Below, in pieces: positions 52,894 through 61,715 of a stretch of 64,000 nt of DNA. The notes beneath the pieces were generated by a model, which was given only the letters and a program-made list of their open reading frames with translations, did no database searches and had not been told where the DNA came from. The DNA comes from an uncultured virus (IMG/VR IMGVR_UViG_3300017754_003767) (lineage: Duplodnaviria > Heunggongvirae > Uroviricota > Caudoviricetes), in the IMG/VR virus record IMGVR_UViG_3300017754_003767; one strand, written 5' to 3'. How positions within the stretch are numbered: position 1 is the first letter of the stretch; each line of letters starts with the position of its first letter. The position numbers and the translations under genes were made by a program.

Positions 52894-55800
52894 ATGCCTA
52901 TTTCATATGATTCGGCTAATAAGCAATTTAACATTCAATACGAAAAACAAGATCATCCAATAACTACTACAGTATCTATTACTCGCAAAGTACCCTACTG
53001 GGGGTATGTAAACTATGGTTCCAAGGGTGCGGGTGTTGGTATTGCTGGATACGCAGACAAAACGGCAACAGTAGATGTTAACGGAGGATACTGGGATATT
53101 ATTAATGCCCTTAATGCAGCAGGTATCCCCAACCCAGAGCCCTGGGAAGCAGAGAATGCTTTAAAAGAAGCCCAGGATCTTGCTCGTATTGATAACAATA
53201 CAAATCAAACAAAAAATACAACAGCAGCAAATAATAATAGTTTGTACAGAACAGTAGATGGTTATTCCAAGGTTGCAGAGCCAGGTAAATATTTACAGTA
53301 CAAACAAACCATTGACAATGCAGGGGTTGATCAAAGCATAAAAGATAGTGCCAGAACTGCCTTTGATCTTTTTTACAAAGACAAAGTTGTTTCTTTATGG
53401 GACACAAGTACAGGCTCAAAAGTTCCCTTTGAAGGGTTTGAAAATACTATTCGATTTGACCCTGAATACTATGGAACTACACCAAGTGGCAAGGGAGCAA
53501 AGGAGTCCTGGAACAAAGCCGTACAAAATGGGGATCTTGACGTATTAGGCCGATACCCTAACTACGAAGCCTATGCGTTATGGCATTACAGCAACATTGG
53601 CAAAAATGACGCAAAGAAAACAGGGGCACGGGATCCAGGCTTCAATCCACGCACGCCTACAGATGGCTTTAAATATGGAAAAATAGAAGAAGCGGCACCA
53701 GGAAAAACAGATGCCGCTCGTCAGTTTGAACGCGACAAAATTGCAACTGACATACTTGGATTAAAACAAACTACAGAAGGTTATCAGCTTCGCGACCTTA
53801 CAACACAATATAGAAACCTTGTTGAAAGCAGCAAAACATTAAAGGATCAATGGTCTACTGCAAAGTCTGAAATACTCTATGCAGAGCGTTTTCCAAAAGA
53901 AGCTAAACAGCCGTGGGCCAAGCTTTATGACGCCGTAAAAGAAGCCACGGGTGCAGAGCCTGAAATTCAAACAGAAGCAGGGTTTGGTGAATTACTGACT
54001 AAAGCCTATCAGTTGGACTCAACTGAATACCCTGGAGCCCAGAAATTAATTGCTGACATACAAGCCAATAAAGAAATTGCCAATATCGACACAAGGCTCT
54101 CCGAATATGATACAGCCCTTACCAAAATTACCGGTGAGTCTGAAGCAAAAGAAACTCAAAAGGCAGCTGTTCTTCAACAAAAGTTTTTAGAAGATTCACG
54201 CAAAGCTTTAATTGATGCAAAAAAAGCAGAGCAGAAGTTTGACTTGTTAAGTGGTACTTCATTTGGCCAAGAACTTCTTGGCATGCGCGAAAATATTGCT
54301 AACTCCATTCTGCAGGAATCTGGCGTGGGTGGCATTCTTTCTTTGGGTGGGCAAAAAAAAGATGATCTTGCTCAAAAATTTAACCTGTCACTTGACACAG
54401 GAAAAGTATTTGGTAGCAACAATGGCTTGCTGTACAACTGGGAAAAATGGTTCTTTGATGAGATTGAGAAAAAATACTCAGGTGGTTTAGATATACCAAA
54501 TGATTACATTCCTGATTACCAGCGTAATGTTGATAATGGTTTTGTTACTGCTGACCAGGTGAAATCTTGGAAGGCGTATGACGATGCTTACGAGACATTA
54601 AAAAAAGATCCAGGAAATATTATTGCGCAGGGAAAAGTTAAACCAGGTAGCCTGCCAAAAGATTACGTGCCTGTTGACAAAAGAAAAACAATTAAACAAG
54701 AGTGGCTTGATTACGAAGCAGCACGGCGTGCAAACGGTTGGGTTGATGATGATACGTTGGCGGCATGGTCTACTTATGATGACGCTTATAAAACATTAAA
54801 TGACCCAAAGTCTACGCAGGATCAACGCTTAAAAGCAGAGGAGATTTATAACAAAAAACCAACTGACTACCTGGAACCAGATAAAAGAATTGGTGCGGAT
54901 ATACAGTTTGCCCAGGACTTTTTCAGTGACTATTTACTGCCTCGTTTTAATGCATCAAAGTCTATCAGTGAATTTAGGGATTACATTAATGTAGACAAGG
55001 ATAAACAAAACATTTTTCAAACAGAAGATCGACTGGAAACCTTGAAGAATGCCGCGCAAGCAGCATCTTCCTCATGGATGAAAGCTCTTGACGCGCTGGG
55101 AACAAGTAAGTTTAATTCAGAGTATTACTTTGATCCTGGTAAATATTACCTTGAAAAAGGCATTGGAAACGAAGGGAAAGCTCCAGTGTTGCTTGGCGAG
55201 CAATTTCAAAAAGAATGGGGTAACACAATACCGGAACAATACATTAAACAAAAAACAGACATTGAAGCTGATTGGGAAAAAGCAAAGGCAGGTGAAATAA
55301 CAAAAGATGACAACGGTAATGATATTAATTGGCAAGCCAAAGCTTATCTCTATGGTTTTGATGTAAACAATAAAGATGATTTTGCTAAGTTACATTATGA
55401 GGTCTTGGGGCAAGCGCGACAATACGACTCAGCGCCTGACGTATTTAATCCACGCATTGCGCAAATTTATTTAAAGCAAGTACTGACTCCTTACATTGCA
55501 GATAAGTATTCAAAAATTGGAACTGTTTTTGGCCAGTTTGTTGATCCGGACAAGTTTGCTGATGAGTTTGTAAACAAATTAGACCCTTTAAAAAACAAAG
55601 AGCAAACAGAAAAAGTACTGAAGCTTTACGGCCTGGACCCAAATACAGAAGATCTTAGTCAACTAAAGCAAATGATCTCAGAAAGCATCCGGAGCTCAGA
55701 TGCAGTGGATGTTAGGGCACAGATTAAAAAGTTGAATCAAGAAAGTGAAACTCCTACGCAAGAGCTTTTAGGAGTTGAGTACATTCAACGCGCTTCTGAC

Positions 55801-56286
55801 AAAAGAGAAGAAGCAATTAAAAGTGATGATGCCTTATTTAATCGTTTTAAATCGGCTGGGTACCAAGGAACGCAGGAAGAGTTCTATGGCGATTTCATGC
55901 CAGATGCAACAGAAGAAGATAAAAAAATATTTCAATCAATGTATAGCGGCAAAGCCCCCAGCGAGTTGTATAAATTCAAGCCCACAGGAGATCCTTTTGC
56001 GGACCTTGGGAAGCTTGAAAGTATGTCGTCTTTTGGCGAGGAAGAAACTACGCCTAAAAAAACAACACCTAAGTCAACCGAACCCAAAAGCAAGTATTTC
56101 TCTTTCTTTCCAGAAGAAGACACAACAGAAGAGGAGGAAGAACCAAGTTCTCCGGTTAAAATTAAAAGAGGTAGTGATATCCTTGCGGCATTTAAATCAA
56201 AACTGAATCTTTCACCTACTGCAGGTAAGGCTGATTCTTCTGATTTGTCCGACCCTTTCTCTAATTCTTTCTTTGGTTCTTTCTAA
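52894..56286 (+). CDS. Very large putative internal virion protein (1130 aa)
   Basis: Helical; internal repeats (W.AYDDAY.TL, FDP.YY); acidic tail. Confidence 0.6.
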   Translation: MPISYDSANKQFNIQYEKQDHPITTTVSITRKVPYWGYVNYGSKGAGVGIAGYADKTATVDVNGGYWDIINALNAAGIPNPEPWEAENALKEAQDLARIDNNTNQTKNTTAANNNSLYRTVDGYSKVAEPGKYLQYKQTIDNAGVDQSIKDSARTAFDLFYKDKVVSLWDTSTGSKVPFEGFENTIRFDPEYYGTTPSGKGAKESWNKAVQNGDLDVLGRYPNYEAYALWHYSNIGKNDAKKTGARDPGFNPRTPTDGFKYGKIEEAAPGKTDAARQFERDKIATDILGLKQTTEGYQLRDLTTQYRNLVESSKTLKDQWSTAKSEILYAERFPKEAKQPWAKLYDAVKEATGAEPEIQTEAGFGELLTKAYQLDSTEYPGAQKLIADIQANKEIANIDTRLSEYDTALTKITGESEAKETQKAAVLQQKFLEDSRKALIDAKKAEQKFDLLSGTSFGQELLGMRENIANSILQESGVGGILSLGGQKKDDLAQKFNLSLDTGKVFGSNNGLLYNWEKWFFDEIEKKYSGGLDIPNDYIPDYQRNVDNGFVTADQVKSWKAYDDAYETLKKDPGNIIAQGKVKPGSLPKDYVPVDKRKTIKQEWLDYEAARRANGWVDDDTLAAWSTYDDAYKTLNDPKSTQDQRLKAEEIYNKKPTDYLEPDKRIGADIQFAQDFFSDYLLPRFNASKSISEFRDYINVDKDKQNIFQTEDRLETLKNAAQAASSSWMKALDALGTSKFNSEYYFDPGKYYLEKGIGNEGKAPVLLGEQFQKEWGNTIPEQYIKQKTDIEADWEKAKAGEITKDDNGNDINWQAKAYLYGFDVNNKDDFAKLHYEVLGQARQYDSAPDVFNPRIAQIYLKQVLTPYIADKYSKIGTVFGQFVDPDKFADEFVNKLDPLKNKEQTEKVLKLYGLDPNTEDLSQLKQMISESIRSSDAVDVRAQIKKLNQESETPTQELLGVEYIQRASDKREEAIKSDDALFNRFKSAGYQGTQEEFYGDFMPDATEEDKKIFQSMYSGKAPSELYKFKPTGDPFADLGKLESMSSFGEEETTPKKTTPKSTEPKSKYFSFFPEEDTTEEEEEPSSPVKIKRGSDILAAFKSKLNLSPTAGKADSSDLSDPFSNSFFGSF

Positions 56287-56573
56287 TGGCTGATAAACGT
56301 AAGAAAGCGGCCAGTGCCGCAAACAGATTTCAGAAAGATAAAATGGAATGCAACAAACCCCAACGTGCCCCTAAAGGGGACAAGCACAAGTACGTGGTCA
56401 AGGGGTGCCAGGACGGGAAGGAGGCCATTGTACGGTTTGGCTTGCGTGGCTATGACGACTACTTGTCGCACCACGACGAGGGAAGACGTGCTAACTTTAA
56501 GGCCAGGCACAACTGCTCCGAGAAGAAGGACAAACTGACTCCGGGGTATTGGGCCTGTAACCACAACTGGTAA
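56286..56573 (+). CDS. Basic protein (DUF5754-like)
   Basis: HKYVV...IVRFG..GY.DY..HHDE.RRANFKARH.C...TPGYWAC. Confidence 0.6.
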   Translation: MADKRKKAASAANRFQKDKMECNKPQRAPKGDKHKYVVKGCQDGKEAIVRFGLRGYDDYLSHHDEGRRANFKARHNCSEKKDKLTPGYWACNHNW

Positions 56574-56578
56574 CAACC

Positions 56579-56704
56579 ATGGCAAAACCAAAGTCCAGCT
56601 CATCTCTTAAAATTGAATCCAAGCCTAAAAAGACAAGACAAGGACAAGGTCAACATTCATTGCCCAATCACGGGCGTAAACAAACTCGCGGCCAAGGCCG
56701 GTAA
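56579..56704 (+). CDS. Small basic protein (41 aa)
   Basis: PKKTRQGQG...RGQGR*. Confidence 0.6.
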   Translation: MAKPKSSSSLKIESKPKKTRQGQGQHSLPNHGRKQTRGQGR

Positions 56705-56739
56705 TTTGTGTATATTGGGGGTAATGAATAGTTACCCCC

Positions 56740-57414
56740 ATGTCTGATTTTTCGCATGCGATTAATTTAATTTGCAAGCATGAGGGCTTTAACGAGAAAG
56801 CTTATGCCGATCCAAGTACAGGTGGAGAACCCTACACTATTGGATATGGCACACAGTTTTATCCCGATGGCTCGCCAGTAAAACGCGGACATCTGTGCAG
56901 TAAAGAAAAGGCGCTTGAATATTTGTTCTACGAAGTAGACGTAATTGATACTCAACTGTCAAAATTAAATATTGGCTTGAGTGAATCTGTTAGGCAGGCC
57001 TTAATTTCATTCATCCATTCTGTCGGCTGGGAATCTTTTTTTTACAGCAGCATTGTTGATAACCTGGAACACGAAGACCTACAGGAAGTCACAGAAGAAA
57101 TGACCAGGTGGGTTTTTGATGTTGATCACCAAGTTGTTGGCAGTCTTCTTGATAGGCGCCGAGAAGAAACCAATTTGTTGCTTCGGGACACCGATGTATT
57201 TATCCAACCTTGTGCACAGATTTTGCTGGCGGCATTCCGCGTTTACTCTGGGGCCGCACACGAATTACAAGCTATTAAGCACCTGGAAGAAAGCCTGAAT
57301 CCTTATATACTGTCCAAGTTTGCAAATGAGTTTAGGGTCAGCGAAAAACCTTGGGACTCTTGCAGCTCTGATGAATACGGCCCCGATGATTTCAACACTG
57401 TCTTTGACAGGTAG
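56740..57414 (+). CDS. Lysozyme/endolysin (GH24-like)
   Basis: LICKHEGF...AY.D...TIGYG...ALISF..SVG...W......L.DRRREE. Confidence 0.85.
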   Translation: MSDFSHAINLICKHEGFNEKAYADPSTGGEPYTIGYGTQFYPDGSPVKRGHLCSKEKALEYLFYEVDVIDTQLSKLNIGLSESVRQALISFIHSVGWESFFYSSIVDNLEHEDLQEVTEEMTRWVFDVDHQVVGSLLDRRREETNLLLRDTDVFIQPCAQILLAAFRVYSGAAHELQAIKHLEESLNPYILSKFANEFRVSEKPWDSCSSDEYGPDDFNTVFDR

Positions 57415-57450
57415 AATTAGAATAGTTGCATTAAAAACGTGCAAAGCGGA

Positions 57451-57741
57451 ATGGAGCGTTCAGTAGAGCCACGGGAATTTGAACTTCCTCTAGAGCTTCA
57501 ATTCTCGATGCGCAAAGCTGAGCTTGCAGCCCAAGAGATGACCTGGGACGACCTGTACGCAGCTCTTCTGAACCTCTACCATCAACGCCTGATGGAGTGG
57601 TATGCAGTGAAAGAGATCATGGCATCTGAAAATATTGACATTGACTTTGATATTCCCACCGATCTAGAGCTAGCAGAACTCGCCGCCGCATGTATATACG
57701 ACGACGAGGACGAGGATGAAGACGATCTTCAGCCGTTCTGA
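57451..57741 (+). CDS. nblA: NblA-like phycobilisome degradation protein with acidic tail
   Basis: LPLELQFSMRKAELAAQEMTWDDLYAALLNLYHQRL aligns with the NblA pattern LSLEQQFS.R.....VQ.MS..QA..FL..LY.QM. Confidence 0.7.
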   Translation: MERSVEPREFELPLELQFSMRKAELAAQEMTWDDLYAALLNLYHQRLMEWYAVKEIMASENIDIDFDIPTDLELAELAAACIYDDEDEDEDDLQPF

Positions 57742-58223
57742 GTTTCGTTGACGGTAATTAGGCGGTCCAAGTACCACTGTGCTTTCTTGAGGTCCTGCAG
57801 ACCGCCTTTGTTACGCCAACGCCACGTGTACTTGACGCAATTACCACGCAGGTAACCCTGGAACTCCTCTGAGGTTAGCTGTGCCTCAATAGCATCGATG
57901 CACTCAATTGCGCCATCAGCGTAGTGAGGCGGGTGGTTTACCAGGTCTCCCTGGAGCACAGGAGCAGCTTCTTTGGTGGCCCAGGGCACTGGGCAAACAC
58001 CATCCTTGCACTCAGTTGAATCGCTGATTATCGGCGCAAACCACGGCGAAGAAGGGACTGTTCCATCAGTTCCTTGTTGGGTGCCCCCAGGTCCAGCACT
58101 AACGCTTTGGGTTTCGGTGAGGCTCCCAGCATCACTCCCTGTTCCATAGTTGGAATATAACCCGTTGCTCCAGGCCGTCCCCCCTCGAGTGCCAAGTTTG
58201 TCCGTTCCCTTCCGTCCTGACAT
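57729..58223 (-). CDS. DUF3310 protein (start uncertain)
   Basis: DLVNHPPHYA.G.IECIDAI...GYLRGN.VKY.WR...K.G.QDL.KA.WYL. Confidence 0.8.
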   Translation of the reverse strand: MSGRKGTDKLGTRGGTAWSNGLYSNYGTGSDAGSLTETQSVSAGPGGTQQGTDGTVPSSPWFAPIISDSTECKDGVCPVPWATKEAAPVLQGDLVNHPPHYADGAIECIDAIEAQLTSEEFQGYLRGNCVKYTWRWRNKGGLQDLKKAQWYLDRLITVNETQNG

Positions 58224-58369
58224 AAAGTCAACCCTCTGTTGTACATATCCATTAAGGGTACATCATTTTCTTCGTTGGCGAGAGGTGCGCCAAAATCTTC
58301 TTCACTAAGACAACGACAATTCAGTTCGTCCTGAACAAAACTATCTAAAAACCCCGCCGCGCCGTGCAT
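58028..58369 (-). CDS. Hypothetical protein
   Basis: 113-aa ORF. Confidence 0.55.
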   Translation of the reverse strand: MHGAAGFLDSFVQDELNCRCLSEEDFGAPLANEENDVPLMDMYNRGLTLCQDGRERTNLALEGGRPGATGYIPTMEQGVMLGASPKPKALVLDLGAPNKELMEQSLLRRGLRR

Positions 58370-58410
58370 GACTCTCTAGTGGCTTGATTTACTGTTTTTA
58401 TAATATTATC

Positions 58411-58791
58411 ATGGCAAGATTCTTCGACGCTACATACGATCCACGCAACGATTCTGGTACGTCAGGAGCTGAAATCTCCGACCTTAACCCAGAGCAGGCG
58501 TATGACACAGACTTGCGTCGTATTGATTCAGACTCAAGATCAGCAGTAGAAGGTATTAACGATTCGCAGCAACGAATTGGAAAGTTCTTGAAGGCTGCCA
58601 AGAGTGCTGGAAAGTTTCAGCAATCCAGTCTATTGCGTGATACAACTATGAATGGGAAAACCCCAAGGTCTGAGGCGTCCATCGGAGGAGTCACCATTCC
58701 AAACCTTGGGGATCGCATCGGTGAAGCAGGCGGTACCAACTATGCCAGGAAGCCAGGGCGTAGTGGTGGCACCTTCTACGGGTTTAGTTAA
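58411..58791 (+). CDS. Hypothetical protein (MARFFDATY...)
   Basis: TATAAT upstream. Confidence 0.6.
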   Translation: MARFFDATYDPRNDSGTSGAEISDLNPEQAYDTDLRRIDSDSRSAVEGINDSQQRIGKFLKAAKSAGKFQQSSLLRDTTMNGKTPRSEASIGGVTIPNLGDRIGEAGGTNYARKPGRSGGTFYGFS

Positions 58792-59375
58792 ACCTGGCTA
58801 TAAACCACCTCATAGGGTTGGTTCTGGTACTTGCCCTTGCGATCTTGGTAGCTTACATCGCAGGGCTCGCCGCGATAAAAGAGGAGCTGTGTAATGCCTT
58901 CGTTGGCATAGATACGATTAAACAGTCCTGTGCAGTTGCTGATCTCAAGGGTCAGGTGTCCTTCCCAGCCAGCTTCTGCAGGTGTAATGTTTACCAGGAT
59001 GCCAGATCGGGCATAGGTTGACTTGCCAACGGCAACAACGGTCACGTCCCTTGGAAGCTTGATGTGTTCCATTGCCACGCCCAGGCAATAGCCGTACGGT
59101 GGAAGAAGAAAGTATTCACCCTTTTCATCTTCCAGCAACTCGGCAGGTTTTAGAATATTCTCATCAAAGGCTTTGGGATCACAGTCCCCTGCCTGGATTT
59201 TACCAAAGATTAAGCATTGCTTTGGCGAGAGGCGAATGTCGTAGCCGTATGAACTGAGACCATAGCTTAGAAGGCGCCTTCCGTCCTCCTTGTTAATCAA
59301 ATGATCAACAAAAGGCGAAATCATTTCTCCTTCTTCCGCAAGCTCTTTGATTTCCCAGTCGGCTAGTACGCTCAT
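58788..59375 (-). CDS. dcd: dCTP deaminase
   Basis: SYGLSSYGYDIRL; GKSTYARSG..VN.TP.EAGWEG.LTLE; Y.DRKGKYQNQ. Confidence 0.95.
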   Translation of the reverse strand: MSVLADWEIKELAEEGEMISPFVDHLINKEDGRRLLSYGLSSYGYDIRLSPKQCLIFGKIQAGDCDPKAFDENILKPAELLEDEKGEYFLLPPYGYCLGVAMEHIKLPRDVTVVAVGKSTYARSGILVNITPAEAGWEGHLTLEISNCTGLFNRIYANEGITQLLFYRGEPCDVSYQDRKGKYQNQPYEVVYSQV

Positions 59376-59407
59376 AAGACCATTGATTCGATGATCAGTC
59401 TACATAC

Positions 59408-60001
59408 TCAGGCAATGATCCGGCCCTTCTCTGAATAAATGTCAATAAAATTTTGGGTGTAGTTGTCCAAGTCATCACTGGGTTGCAAGTAGACAATGAA
59501 AGAACTGCACGTATTTTTGGCCTCGACTCGACCATCTTCAAAATAATGCCGCCGAAGCATTGGGGTGTTTTTTAAAAAACAGATGGGAAAATCAAAAATG
59601 TCCTGGGCATAACGAATCATGTCAGGGCAGTTGCCAAAGTAAAGACCTTGTCTGATCTCGCCAGACAGCCATTTTCTTTTAAGTGTTCGCCACCAGAGTG
59701 CGTACCCAGAAATTAAGGTATGCGACAAACCGCGTGTACGCTTCCACCTCTGGGACTTAATGTCCCAAAAGTACGTGTAGTTTGGCGGGAAAACGTAGAC
59801 ATTTCCGAACCAATCCTGCTCGTTCAAGCCGTCATCTTCTGGTGTATAAAAGTGTTCAGCATTGACATAGCTATTGGCTACGGCAGAACTGGCTGGGTCA
59901 AGATCAATTCCGCCCATTAGCATATGCGCAGAATTAATTAGATCGGCTCCAGACACCCACTCAAATGTATCAGCGTGCGCATTACCACGAAAAGAAGGCA
60001 T
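59408..60001 (-). CDS. Phage Dam-like DNA adenine methyltransferase homologue with degenerate motif IV
   Basis: EW...IDLDPAS...A..FYT.EDDGL.QDW.GNVYVFPPNY. Confidence 0.6.
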   Translation of the reverse strand: MPSFRGNAHADTFEWVSGADLINSAHMLMGGIDLDPASSAVANSYVNAEHFYTPEDDGLNEQDWFGNVYVFPPNYTYFWDIKSQRWKRTRGLSHTLISGYALWWRTLKRKWLSGEIRQGLYFGNCPDMIRYAQDIFDFPICFLKNTPMLRRHYFEDGRVEAKNTCSSFIVYLQPSDDLDNYTQNFIDIYSEKGRIIA

Positions 60002-60387
60002 TACTTTTCACTCACCTGGCAATAATCAATCTCAAGATAACGAATCCCATCATCATCGTTAATAAGGTATCCAGCTTTCTCTTCTGGATTAATTTTTTGC
60101 GCCGCTGCCAATACCCGCCTGAACGTTTCCGCGAGGTCACCATTGTCTTCCCTTTCGCAACTCTCTTGTGCTGAATGCAATTCTTTTAGTGTCATAAAGA
60201 ACATTGAGCGCTCTTTGTTGGTGGGCTGAAATACCATAATGCCAGGACCTTCAGCATCCCACAACTTGCAGTAATGTTGCCCCATGTCACCAAGAATCAA
60301 CTTAATGGTGGCATCAAGCATCCTGGTTTTAGTCGTATCCAAATCCCCCTGGAGCGCGGCGGCAATTAATTTTTCACGTCTATTCAT
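60001..60387 (-). CDS. Hypothetical protein
   Basis: 128 aa, coupled. Confidence 0.65.
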   Translation of the reverse strand: MNRREKLIAAALQGDLDTTKTRMLDATIKLILGDMGQHYCKLWDAEGPGIMVFQPTNKERSMFFMTLKELHSAQESCEREDNGDLAETFRRVLAAAQKINPEEKAGYLINDDDGIRYLEIDYCQVSEK

Positions 60388-60844
60388 TTTTTAAGAGTCC
60401 TTGACGGATTAGTATTTGTTTCATCTTAGGGAGTGGCTTGTAGATAACGACAAGCTTTCCTAGATTTCCTCGTTTTTTTACGAGCTTTTGATTTTCGTCT
60501 TTTAACTTGTCAAACTCTCCGGCTCGAATTAAATACTCGGCTACACAACGCAAGCGTCGTTTAAGGGACAAGTCTGCCTCTGGAAATTTACCACAGATTG
60601 TATCGGGCGCCATATCGGCAAATGCGATACGCAGTCTGTTGGCAAGTGTCACATTAAAATGTGGATCTTCCTTTTCGAATTCTTTTATGTTGTACAGGTA
60701 CCGACGAAGGGTTTTTGTATCAAAAGAACCTTCGGGAGGCAGGAACATTTCCACTTGGTCAGCAAGCCCCTTAGGAAGAAGCTCGCAATAGTTCTCAAGG
60801 GTGACTGAGTCAATATCAATGAAATGAAAACGGTTATTACTCAT
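60380..60844 (-). CDS. Hypothetical protein, possible winged helix
   Basis: Start MSNNRFHFID. Confidence 0.6.
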   Translation of the reverse strand: MSNNRFHFIDIDSVTLENYCELLPKGLADQVEMFLPPEGSFDTKTLRRYLYNIKEFEKEDPHFNVTLANRLRIAFADMAPDTICGKFPEADLSLKRRLRCVAEYLIRAGEFDKLKDENQKLVKKRGNLGKLVVIYKPLPKMKQILIRQGLLKNE

Positions 60845-61286
60845 CTTCACCCTTTGGCACGGAGCGATCAGGCACATGCCGTTGCTTTTGTTCTTGTACA
60901 TCTTTATACTTTGTCCTTGCCCTGAATGACAAGATGGATACTTCATTATTTTTAGCAAAGGATGCGACCAGTCGATTCCAAGGAATTCGAATTGTATCTT
61001 TTTTCTTGATGTCAGGGGAGATGTTGACGTAGTGAATATTTTGCGTCCATCCTTTAGACGGATCTTTTTTGCCGATTAAGATCCAATTGCGAATGGTTTG
61101 ATCTGAAACGTTGAGTCTTTGGGCGCACTCATCCGTTGAAATATATTCATCTGCGTATGCTTCTGGTCCAACCTGGTCGGTCTCGTCATTTTTGTAGCGA
61201 CTATTCCACATGGCCCCAAGGATATTTTTAATCCCCTTGAGTTCGTACGCAATGTCTTCAAGTCCTTTTCGAATGCCGTATGCCAT
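60837..61286 (-). CDS. HTH DNA-binding protein
   Basis: YISTDECAQRLNVSDQTIRNWI...W....HY. Confidence 0.7.
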   Translation of the reverse strand: MAYGIRKGLEDIAYELKGIKNILGAMWNSRYKNDETDQVGPEAYADEYISTDECAQRLNVSDQTIRNWILIGKKDPSKGWTQNIHYVNISPDIKKKDTIRIPWNRLVASFAKNNEVSILSFRARTKYKDVQEQKQRHVPDRSVPKGEDE

Positions 61287-61340
61287 AAAGCAGTTTCTTT
61301 ATTTAGATGCTAGTCTTTTTCTAACATCTTTGCGTGTTTT

Positions 61341-61664
61341 ATGGAAGATCAAATTCCCGCCAGTCAGGTGCCGTCTAGCATTCCTGTGGCTCCCCCAGAG
61401 ACGCAGCAAGTGCCGCCTGGACGCATCAGTGCCCAAGACCTGGAGCTAATGAAGGCTCGTGCCAGGGAGCTTGCTGTGCAGCAGACACTAAGGCAACAGG
61501 TACCTCCTGCGCAACCTCCTCAAGTTGTTTATGTTCGCCGCAATCTTACCGTTGCTGAACTTATTGTTGTCCTTGCGCTTTCCTGTGGAATTGTGGCTAC
61601 TGTTCAGTTTGGTTGGAATTTTGTTACTAACACCCTCCCTAGGTTAGAGATTAAGGTCAAGTGA
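61341..61664 (+). CDS. Membrane protein
   Basis: Pro/Gln-rich N-terminus plus C-terminal TM. Confidence 0.6.
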   Translation: MEDQIPASQVPSSIPVAPPETQQVPPGRISAQDLELMKARARELAVQQTLRQQVPPAQPPQVVYVRRNLTVAELIVVLALSCGIVATVQFGWNFVTNTLPRLEIKVK

Positions 61665-61715
61665 ATTAAACACACCGGAACTATAATCTTTATATAAGGG
61701 ATTCTAGTTTAATAC

